A stretch of 64,000 nt of DNA from Nitrososphaeraceae archaeon (GTDB taxonomy: Archaea > Thermoproteota > Nitrososphaeria > Nitrososphaerales > Nitrososphaeraceae), in the NCBI GenBank assembly GCA_035706205.1, contig DASSVK010000054.1:15839-79838 (forward strand). The letters are read 5' to 3'. How positions within the stretch are numbered: the stretch's first letter is position 1; the number at the start of each line of letters is the position of its first letter. Shown in pieces: positions 21,147-29,297 of this stretch. Made by a program: the position numbers and the translations under genes. The notes below the pieces were generated by a model that was not told where the DNA came from, did not search any database, and saw only the letters and a list, made by a program, of their open reading frames with translations.

Positions 21147-21217
21147 AGTAATTAAAACTACTTTGTAAAGTTTTTTATACAAATAGTGTAATGGATTCTC
21201 ATCAAAATAGATATGAA

Positions 21218-21844
21218 TTAAGCTTCTAATAGTACTTCAGATTTTTTATTAGAAATTTCTTTGTTCTTAAGTTTGGATTTATTTTTATTGGTTATACTAG
21301 TAGGTATATCTGGAAGCTTTACCATTGTATCTTCTTCCATAATATTTTGGACTTCATTAAGAATTTCTATCGCATCAGAATTAATAGGAACGGAAATAGT
21401 ATCGGAAGTCAAATTCACATTAGATTCTATTAATACATCTGACGTTAATGTTGACAATTCAGAAATAATATTAGTAGCAGTAGGTATCGTGGTTTTAACA
21501 TCATCTTTAACTTCTTTAATAGTAGCAATCATTGGATTAATAGTATCAAGAATTTCAGCAAATTCAGATATTGTGGAAAATCTTATAACTATTACTTCTA
21601 AACTCAATAATAGCTTTTGAGTTGTATTTTTTATTTTTCTAATATTTGCCAATTCGTTTGCTAATGCTTTTGCACGTAAATTATCACCATTTTTTATATT
21701 TATAATTACTTTATTATGTAAATCAGTATCCAAAGTAGTAAATCTATTATCAAGCATCCGCAGTTTTGCAAGTTGATTATTAACAACTCTGCTTGCATTA
21801 TCTAGTTTTGATTTTAACAGAGGATACTTTTCCATATGTTTCAT
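21218..21844 (-). CDS. ESCRT-III / CdvB paralogue (Snf7 family)
   Basis: Helical-hairpin pattern ...RAKALANELANIRKIK...LEVIVIRFSTI..F.EI..TINP...; C-terminal MIM2-like KLPDIP; no C-terminal wHTH. Confidence 0.85.
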   Translation of the reverse strand: MKHMEKYPLLKSKLDNASRVVNNQLAKLRMLDNRFTTLDTDLHNKVIINIKNGDNLRAKALANELANIRKIKNTTQKLLLSLEVIVIRFSTISEFAEILDTINPMIATIKEVKDDVKTTIPTATNIISELSTLTSDVLIESNVNLTSDTISVPINSDAIEILNEVQNIMEEDTMVKLPDIPTSITNKNKSKLKNKEISNKKSEVLLEA

Positions 21845-21950
21845 ATTAACCTTTAGAATGTTAAGGTTAGAGTTAATCTATCTAGACAAATTGATTTTCG
21901 AAAGCTTAGTTAATAGTTAAGCAATAATTATAAAAAGTTATCAAGTTAGA

Positions 21951-22337
21951 TTAAATTTTTTTCAAAAGCAATCCATGTTTTTTATCAAATCCATTTACTC
22001 TAACTTTTGATCCAATAGGAAGTTCGTTAGGTTGTTTAATTCCTGGCAGAAATCCAGATACTCGAATAGGAGCATTATCTAGAGTAAATATTACCCATGC
22101 ATAACTATCTACATCCTCAAATCCCTCAGGCGGAACGGTATGAATAGTAAAAGTATTTACAGTACCTGTACCATCATATTCTATTAAAGTAAATTTATTG
22201 CCTTGACATTTTTCACAATATAGAACGGTTTCGAGAATTATAGTCCCACAATTATTACATTTCCTAGCTAGGATTTTAAAATTCTGTGCAGAAGTGATAA
22301 ATTTTTCTCTCACTCCTCCGCTTACAGGATTGTTCAA
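21951..22337 (-). CDS. DUF35 family Zn-ribbon/OB-fold protein (thiolase partner)
   Basis: RKCNNCG....YCEKCQ rubredoxin-like site, GTGTVNTFTIH..PP.GF. The track start (22397) overlaps the thiolase; TTG 22337 or GTG 22313 is more plausible. Confidence 0.88.
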   Translation of the reverse strand: MNNPVSGGVREKFITSAQNFKILARKCNNCGTIILETVLYCEKCQGNKFTLIEYDGTGTVNTFTIHTVPPEGFEDVDSYAWVIFTLDNAPIRVSGFLPGIKQPNELPIGSKVRVNGFDKKHGLLLKKI

Positions 22338-22344
22338 TGTAATA

Positions 22345-23502
22345 TCAATCCACCTTTTTAAATATATGGACTGCGGCACTTGCTCCTGTTGCACCAAAAT
22401 TGTGAGTTAAAGCAATTTGTGCATCTTTAATTGTTCTTTCTCCAGATTTTCCAGTAAATTGTTCAAAAACTTCAACAACTTGTCCTACTCCTGTGGCTCC
22501 AATAGGATGACCTTTAGACTTCAATCCTCCAGATGGGTTAATTGGAATTTTCCCTTTTCTATAGGTTGCACCTTCACTAATTGCTTTAGCCGCTTTCCCT
22601 TTTTGAAAAAATCCTAGATCCTCTACATCAATTATCTCTGCAATTGTAAAACAATCATGAACTTCTGCAAAATCTATGTCTTCTGGAGTTATTCCAGCCA
22701 TTTTATAGGCTTGATTAGCAGCAGCAACTGTAGCTGGGATAGTAGTTATATCTTTTCTACCTTGAACAGCAGCAGGAGATCCACCTCGTCCTGATCCAAT
22801 AACTTGAATATATGGCTTTCCACTTTTCTTTGCAAAATCTTCACTACATATAATGACTGCAGAGGCACCATCTGAGAAAGGACAACAATCATATAATTTT
22901 AATGGAGAAGCAACTACAGGTGAATTAAGAACATCATCAACAGTAATTTTCTTGCGTACATGAGCTTTAGGATTTAGTAAGCCATTTTCATGATTTTTTA
23001 TTGCTACATTTGCTAGATCTTCTTCATCTGCTTTAAACTTAGTCATATAAGATCTTGCAATTGATGCAAATAAACCTGGAAAAGAAGCACCATTACCACC
23101 TTCGTAAAAAACATCGGAACAGTACGAGAAAAGAGTTGTACTTTGATTTGTTCCAGTATGAGTTATTTTTTCTACACCTAAAGCCAAAACACAATCATAA
23201 AAACCAGCACGAACATTTGCATATGCTTCCCTAAACATTATTGATCCTGAACCACATGCTGATTCAATAGTCAATCCAGGAACATGTGATATTCCTAAAT
23301 TACTCATAATAACTGGAGCCATATGTACTTGTTTATCTGCTACTCCAAAAACATTTGAAATATAACCGGCTTGAATATCATGAGGTGAAATTCCTGCAGA
23401 TTCAATAGCATCGACAGATGCATTAAGAGCTATTTCTATAACGCTTTCATTGAGCTTACCATATTTAGTACTACCAGCTCCTAAAATACAGACATTATTC
23501 AC
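22345..23502 (-). CDS. Acetyl-CoA C-acetyltransferase / acetoacetyl-CoA thiolase (archaeal SCP2-type)
   Basis: ESACGSG (catalytic Cys), NHENG..NP.AH, DCCPFSDGA, EVHDCF, NPSGGLKSKGHPIGATG. Confidence 0.93.
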   Translation of the reverse strand: MNNVCILGAGSTKYGKLNESVIEIALNASVDAIESAGISPHDIQAGYISNVFGVADKQVHMAPVIMSNLGISHVPGLTIESACGSGSIMFREAYANVRAGFYDCVLALGVEKITHTGTNQSTTLFSYCSDVFYEGGNGASFPGLFASIARSYMTKFKADEEDLANVAIKNHENGLLNPKAHVRKKITVDDVLNSPVVASPLKLYDCCPFSDGASAVIICSEDFAKKSGKPYIQVIGSGRGGSPAAVQGRKDITTIPATVAAANQAYKMAGITPEDIDFAEVHDCFTIAEIIDVEDLGFFQKGKAAKAISEGATYRKGKIPINPSGGLKSKGHPIGATGVGQVVEVFEQFTGKSGERTIKDAQIALTHNFGATGASAAVHIFKKVD

Positions 23503-23523
23503 AACATAAATTATTGTGAGTCG

Positions 23524-23531
23524 TATAAAAA
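23524..23531 (-). promoter_or_regulatory. Candidate archaeal TATA box (TTTTTATA) for a leaderless thiolase transcript
   Basis: Lies 22-29 nt upstream of the GTG at 23502. Confidence 0.45.
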
Positions 23532-23650
23532 GGTTAGACAGCTGAGATAAATAAAAATAGGATTTGATATGTAATATAAAACTTAAAATAAATCAAATTT
23601 GATTATGGTCATTTATTAATCTGTATGATTATACTATTAAAAAAAAAGTA

Positions 23651-23658
23651 TTTATAAA
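23651..23658 (+). promoter_or_regulatory. Candidate TATA box (TTTATAAA) with purine-rich BRE-like run upstream, for the 34-aa basic ORF
   Basis: Consensus TATA at -30..-23 relative to ATG 23681. Confidence 0.45.
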
Positions 23659-23680
23659 GAATTATAAAATATTAAAAAGA

Positions 23681-23785
23681 ATGAAAAAGGCATTTAAAAA
23701 GACACATGCATATAGTGAGAAGAGATCTCGTAGTAAGAAGGAAGCAAAATTAGAAAGAAGAATTAGAAAAAAACCCAAATATTAA
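23681..23785 (+). CDS. Small highly basic protein, 34 aa (below the ORF-track cutoff)
   Basis: MKKAFKKTHAYSEERSRSKKEAKLERRIRKKPKY*; 15/34 Lys+Arg; well-placed TATA box. Confidence 0.5.
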   Translation: MKKAFKKTHAYSEKRSRSKKEAKLERRIRKKPKY

Positions 23786-23851
23786 TAGATTTTATCTTCG
23801 ATTTTTAAAAATAAAAAACAATAAATAGATAAATCGTTTACATTAGTTAGT

Positions 23852-23965
23852 TTGAATAGAAATACAGAAACTAAAAAAAAAGTTACGAAAAAAGGCATGA
23901 TTATAACAATACTGATCGTTATTGGAATTGTAGCTGCTAGTTTTATTGTTTATCTTGTACCTTGA
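23852..23965 (+). CDS. 37-aa single-TM micro-ORF or truncated remnant of a membrane-anchored protein
   Basis: TTG start: MNRNTETKKKVTKKGMIITILIVIGIVAASFIVYLVP*; basic N-region followed by a 21-residue hydrophobic run that ends at the stop. Confidence 0.4.
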   Translation: MNRNTETKKKVTKKGMIITILIVIGIVAASFIVYLVP

Positions 23966-24937
23966 TTATTTGCTTAATACTTATAATGATATTATTATCC
24001 TTATTAATATAAAATAAAATATATCAAAAAATATTATAAATTGATTGAATAAAAAAAGAATATAGATGATATAATTTCTTATTATTTAATACCTTAATGG
24101 TAATATAATGATAATAACAATAATGAAATAATTTGCTTGTTATAATAAGCAATATATTATATATGCAGAAAAAAGTAATACTTTAGTTTATATGCTATAT
24201 TTGAACTCACAATATAAGTCTTGTATAATTACTCTCAATCAGTTCTTATTTGAGAATAAAATAATTTAAAACCATTAAAAAAATAATCTAAATATCTAAT
24301 AATAATATAGAGCAAAGATATGTTATCCAATATTATCCGATAAATCGATAAAGATCATAAATAATTATTTTATTATTATTATCCTTATTATCTCTAACCT
24401 TGAGGTATTATTAGATTTAGTAAAAATAAATTAATTATCTATAAGAGGTAATAGTCAAATCAATAATATAATACAATATCTATTAATTTATGATAATTTT
24501 ATACGAGATCACTTATTGAACGAATCTATATTAATTTGTATTTTTATTTGTATTTTTTATATTTATATTTGGAATAATAGTATAGTCAAATAGCCACTTA
24601 ATTTTTTTAAAATATAACACATAGATCCTGTACATTTTAAACCTTTTTATAAGATAAATTCTTTATCTTTCATCAGCATATGTTATCTTAGTACAATAAA
24701 ATAATAAACTTTAATAAATTCATAAATATATAAAAATTTTAATGCTTTATAAAATTTTATTATAACTTCCAATTATCAAAGAACCAGTTAACATAGTTGA
24801 ATTGCATTCATAAAAAATACAAGATTTGCTAAATACTATTAATTTAAAATAAATTGATATGGTGAAATTGTTAATGATATATTAATAAAATTTAATGATT
24901 TATTTTTATTAATAATTAGTAAAAAAAAAGAAGAATT

Positions 24938-25084
24938 TTATGTAGTAAATCCTCCAGTAGCAACTGTTATAACTATATAAACTAAAATAAAGATACCTAC
25001 AAAAATCCTTGTACCTTTAAGTGTATTTGCTAATGAAGACTCTTCCTTCTTTAAAGTATTGGTGTCTTTAGTCAATATAGCCAA
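24938..25084 (-). CDS. 48-aa small membrane protein
   Basis: TTG start: MAILTKDTNTLKKEESSLANTLKGTRIFVGIFILVYIVITVATGGFTT*; visibly higher GC than its flanks; one C-terminal TM helix. Confidence 0.45.
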   Translation of the reverse strand: MAILTKDTNTLKKEESSLANTLKGTRIFVGIFILVYIVITVATGGFTT

Positions 25085-25869
25085 AGTGTATGATAATTAT
25101 AAACCCATAGTAATAAAGGTTTAAGATGAATATATGGAGTAAACAATTTTTTATAGTAATTATTTTTTATTATAATATATTTTTCTTTAACGATACACAA
25201 AGTCAATAATCATCAATTATTTATAGACATATAATCTTATTAAATAATACAAATAAAGAATTTTAGAAATTAAAAAACTATAAAAATAAAATTAGAAATT
25301 CGAAAAAAATGAAAAAGAATAGAAGTTGTATCTGCAAGAATCTTTGATATTGGTTTAATCTAAAGATCAAATTTTTGTATAATTAACAAATTTTTGTTCT
25401 TATTTATAACGTTATTAAATATCATTTGCTGCTAAAAAACCGAGATGAATGTTAATAAGGTATTATCTATGAAGGACCTTAAATAAAAGAAATTGATGTT
25501 TGAATTTAGAAATATATGGATTTCTTGTAAATTTTTATCTCTTGGAAACTAATTACGTCAAATATTTAAGAATGTTATGTTCTTGAAACAGCTGAAGAAT
25601 TATTTCTATTTTATTAGAAAAAGAGTCTTTTGAATTAATATTTTTTTATCCTCAAAAATATAATTTATATAAAATATTTTACCTTTTTGTGGTAGCCAAT
25701 GATAGAAAATCGGTAGCTACAACTAACATATTATAATACTATTAAGGTTTTTAATATTAAATTCTATTTTAATTCTTTTAAAATCAAAGTATTAGGTATA
25801 TAAAATATTTTTAAAATAATTTATCTAAATCAAAAAAATTGGAATAGTATTTTCTAACTTGTATAAAAA

Positions 25870-26151
25870 TCAATGACCTTTATTGGACAATTCCCATACA
25901 AGATCATTAAACATGGTATTCATATGGTCAATTTTAAGCTCCATTCCTTCAAGTAAAGTAATGGCTTCTGCGGTATTATTTGATTTGACTAATTGTATAA
26001 CTTGGTCGACATTATTCGCTAATTGGGAATGAGTAAATCTCATATGACCCATCATTTGTTCTGCAGCACCTATTTGAGAATATACTTGTTGTACAAGACC
26101 AAAAAGAATTCCAATCACAACAATGAAGATTATGGATATAACTATCTTCAT
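25870..26151 (-). CDS. Small secreted or membrane-anchored helical protein, Met/His-rich
   Basis: Signal-like MKIVISIIFIVVIGILFGLVQQVYS. Start moved to ATG 26151 (track gives 26166) because TTTAAAAG at 26173-26180 sits at -22..-29. Confidence 0.65.
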   Translation of the reverse strand: MKIVISIIFIVVIGILFGLVQQVYSQIGAAEQMMGHMRFTHSQLANNVDQVIQLVKSNNTAEAITLLEGMELKIDHMNTMFNDLVWELSNKGH

Positions 26152-26553
26152 AATATTATTATACAATTTGAGCTTTTAAACATTTAGAATACCATTTTAC
26201 TGTAATGTTAGAATTCTAAAAAACTAGATAAATGATAATCTAAAAAATATTGATATTATCAAAATATTATAATTAGCATTGACAGAATCAATTTCTCAAT
26301 TTTACATTTCCATAAGACAATCTTTGAAAGTCTTTTTCTTCTATTATAATAAGTTTTATACTACATAATTATGTAAAAGCTTGTAACAAAGTAAATTTAC
26401 TTTACTTGAAATATAATTTCTAGCTTGTGAATCATCAAATCTCTTTTTTATAGTCTAACTTCAAATTATCTTTTTATTTTCATTATTTTAAAAACATGGT
26501 AAAAATTATCATATAGAAACAATAGAACAGTTTTGAAAATTCCTTAATATATG

Positions 26554-26647
26554 CGCCGGGAGAGGGATTTGAACCCTCGCGACCTTTCGGTCACAAGCTT
26601 ACTTGATAATTCCAGGCTTGCGCCCTTCCAGGCTAGGCGACCCCGGC
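26554..26647 (-). tRNA. tRNA-Ser(GGA) with a 10-nt intron at 37/38 (intron 26600-26609)
   Basis: Acceptor GCCGGGG/TCCCGGC, G73, anticodon stem CAAGC/GCTTG, loop CT-GGA-A|TTATCAAGTA|A, long variable arm GACC-GAAA-GGTC, T-arm GAGGG-TTCAAAT-CCCTC; CCA not encoded. Confidence 0.93.
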
Positions 26648-26774
26648 AATATTCTTTTAAGTTAAAATAAAAGAATGAAATGGAAAATATAATCTATTGG
26701 ATAAGGCTTTAGATATTATTTTCTTCAATAAGATTAATAAAATAAAAATAAGGCATAAGAAAAGTTTTATTAAG

Positions 26775-26933
26775 ATGAATAGCTCAGAAATTTCTCAATT
26801 CTGTAAAAAAAATGATCATATAGAATGTAATGATTGTATGTGTAAATGCCACATTCCAGGTACGATGGAAAATTTAGCAAAAAAAATTGCTAAATTAGAT
26901 AAAAATATCCCAGGAATAGGAGAAACAATTTAA
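26775..26933 (+). CDS. Small Cys/His-rich putative metal-binding protein, 52 aa
   Basis: MNSSEISQFCKKNDHIECNDCMCKCHIPG...; ATG 26775 preferred over the track's TTG 26697. Confidence 0.6.
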   Translation: MNSSEISQFCKKNDHIECNDCMCKCHIPGTMENLAKKIAKLDKNIPGIGETI

Positions 26934-27039
26934 TTTATTATATTTAAAGAAACTTATTATTAATAATAATCATTGAAAAATTATTTTAAAAATTTATTTC
27001 ATAAAGTATATGGTAATTATTTTACGAAAATATCTCTTA

Positions 27040-28035
27040 TTATTTCCAACCTTTTGGATATGTATTAGGTTTCATAATTAATCGTTTCATGATGAAGGAA
27101 ATACCACTTTTTTGAGAAATTATATCATCTATATTCATAAGAGATTGAGCTAATCCTACTATTTCTCCTTTTAAAGTGTATATTCCTACTAAATCACCCT
27201 TTTGAATTTTTGGTGAAAGTTGAGTAATCCCAGGAATAGCTAATGGTGCGCCATGACAAAGAGCATCAACAGCAGTATCTCTAATAATAACTGAAGGAAT
27301 ATTATCAAAACATATTTCAATAGGTCTTACCAGATTTCGGATCTTTTTTTCATCATTTTTTTCTTTATATAAATAAAAAGCATTATACAAATCATGGAGT
27401 TTGACGAGACCGTCTCTTTCAAAAAAGTTGCTAACGCGGGTTCTACGAAGTTCGATCATAGTAGCACCGGAACCCAAAACTTCACCAATATCATAAATAA
27501 GTTTTCTTATATATGTACCTGCTTGACATAATATTCTCAAAAGAATAAGGTTTTCATGATCTTCTACATATTCTAATTCATATATTCTCCGTATTCGGGT
27601 AATTCTCTTTACTGAAGACCTCTGTGGTGGACGTTGATAGATATCACCATGGAAATCTAATAATATTTTTTCTATAGATTTTCTTGTATAATTTGAATGA
27701 ACTCTTGCCAAGGAAAAATATTCCTTTGGTCCTAATAATAAAATTGAAAGTGCTTTGGTACCTTCTCCAAGTCCCATCGGCAATAAACCAGTTGCTCCTG
27801 GATCTAATGTACCACTATGTCCGGATTTATCTATATTTAATATACGTTTGACCCAAGATGCAATTTCATGACTTGTGGGGCCTGCTGGCTTGTCAATCAA
27901 TATTAAACCATAATCAAATAATATATTAATAGGACGATTAAATGGATGAAAACCATATTTATCATCCGTTAGACTATCTGATAATTTAAGTAAATCATCT
28001 AATTGAATGAGTTTTTCATTATTTTTGAAATTCAT
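27040..28035 (-). CDS. cbf5: H/ACA RNA-guided pseudouridine synthase Cbf5
   Basis: IDKPAGPTSHE, GHSGTLDP (catalytic Asp), KEY, YQRPP, GTYIRKL, ELRR, C-terminal PUA domain. Confidence 0.96.
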   Translation of the reverse strand: MNFKNNEKLIQLDDLLKLSDSLTDDKYGFHPFNRPINILFDYGLILIDKPAGPTSHEIASWVKRILNIDKSGHSGTLDPGATGLLPMGLGEGTKALSILLLGPKEYFSLARVHSNYTRKSIEKILLDFHGDIYQRPPQRSSVKRITRIRRIYELEYVEDHENLILLRILCQAGTYIRKLIYDIGEVLGSGATMIELRRTRVSNFFERDGLVKLHDLYNAFYLYKEKNDEKKIRNLVRPIEICFDNIPSVIIRDTAVDALCHGAPLAIPGITQLSPKIQKGDLVGIYTLKGEIVGLAQSLMNIDDIISQKSGISFIMKRLIMKPNTYPKGWK

Positions 28036-28102
28036 CGTTAAAAATATTTTAAAAACAATATTAATAATTTTAATCTTTCATTACCTAGTAATTAGCCTTT
28101 TA

Positions 28103-28693
28103 TCAAATTCGTAAATTTTTTACAATAGTTTTTGATATTAAAAGTATAGATTCGAGATCTAGTAAATCTGTATCTAACACAAAATCAAAAACGGAAAGAT
28201 CTTTTCCAAACTCGTAACCGTATAAGTTATGATAGATAAGAACATTATTATCATCGCGTTGTTGGATTATATCTCTTGCTTGCTTTAGGTTTAAGTTATC
28301 TCTCTTTGCCATTCTTTTGATTCTGTTACTTCTAGAGCCTTTTAACCAAATTTTAATTGATTCTGGAACCAACCATGGCAATGTATAACTTGTCACTACA
28401 ACTTTACCTTTTCTGACGATTTCGACCAATTTTCTATCTACTTCTATATCAAAATAAGAATTTGACTCTCTTTCTTCCATAAAATTTTTAGCCTCTTCAG
28501 TATCCCACCAATCATTACCAGATACTATATATCCTTTCTCAGCTGCTAACATTTTTAGTACATCTCCACCATTGTAATGTTTATACCCGAATTCTCTTGC
28601 CAATTCTGTAGCAATAGTTGTTTTACCTACTGCCGGCCATCCCGATATAACAATACTATTTAATATCTTATTTTTATAATTAGATATAGTCAT
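28103..28693 (-). CDS. cmk: Cytidylate kinase
   Basis: ISGWPAVGKTT P-loop, D.EVD, RMAKRD, RD..N...Y..LYG; conserved position after secY-adk. Confidence 0.88.
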   Translation of the reverse strand: MTISNYKNKILNSIVISGWPAVGKTTIATELAREFGYKHYNGGDVLKMLAAEKGYIVSGNDWWDTEEAKNFMEERESNSYFDIEVDRKLVEIVRKGKVVVTSYTLPWLVPESIKIWLKGSRSNRIKRMAKRDNLNLKQARDIIQQRDDNNVLIYHNLYGYEFGKDLSVFDFVLDTDLLDLESILLISKTIVKNLRI

Positions 28694-29293
28694 TTAGGTC
28701 ATACTTGGAAGTGAAGTTTTGGTTATTTTAGCAATTATTCCACTTGTTCCAAGAGATGTAATAAGAAACCAACCCCATAGAAAAAGCTCGCCAGCAACAT
28801 TGCATGCGCCTTTAGGTTCACCTTTTTCATCAATTACAGTATCTATTTTTACATTTTCTTCAGTACACATTATATATGGAATATGAAGTGGCGAAAGTGC
28901 TACTGTTTGACCAAAAAGAGCAGGAAATACTAAAATCCATAGCATAAATGAAGGTATCATATAGAGCATCATAGGACGCATTTGTTGTTGTTGCATCTCT
29001 AAACTCATCTTATTAACATAAGCTTGTTTTTTCTTTAATTCACTAATTCTAACTTTATCTTTTTTTCTAATAGCATCAGTGTATTCTTTTCTCCATTCAT
29101 TTGTTTCTTTCATAACTTTTGACAATCTATCAATATCAGTAGTCTTCTTTCTTAATACTGCAAAAGCAAAATTCAGACCAATAGCAATTAAAGCAGCTAC
29201 AAGCATACTAGAAAACAAATCTGGAAATATAGGGTGTTTAGTATATGCAGGCGTAAGTCCAGGAATCTGTAAAATTAGATCAGTTAAATCCAT
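28694..29293 (-). CDS. DUF106 / EMC3-TMCO1 (Oxa1 superfamily) membrane protein
   Basis: TM - coiled coil - MRPMMLYMIP - TM, then WGWFLITS; conserved position between adk and cmk. Confidence 0.85.
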   Translation of the reverse strand: MDLTDLILQIPGLTPAYTKHPIFPDLFSSMLVAALIAIGLNFAFAVLRKKTTDIDRLSKVMKETNEWRKEYTDAIRKKDKVRISELKKKQAYVNKMSLEMQQQQMRPMMLYMIPSFMLWILVFPALFGQTVALSPLHIPYIMCTEENVKIDTVIDEKGEPKGACNVAGELFLWGWFLITSLGTSGIIAKITKTSLPSMT

Positions 29294-29297
29294 GATG

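Noticed and set aside
23990-24390. Identical 17-bp direct repeat TATTATTATCCTTATTA at 23990 and 24374
   Set aside because: Low-complexity sequence in the most AT-rich tract, only two copies, with no spacer regularity or att/IS context. Not a CRISPR or target-site duplication.
25330-25620. Possible degraded ORF fragments (IIYEGP*IKEIDV..., ECYVLETAEELFLF)
   Set aside because: Multiple stops in every frame and no identifiable homology by eye.
23503-26553. Integrated element (att duplication) at tRNA-Ser
   Set aside because: No second copy of the tRNA 3' end, and no integrase or transposase found. Kept only as a gene-poor tract.
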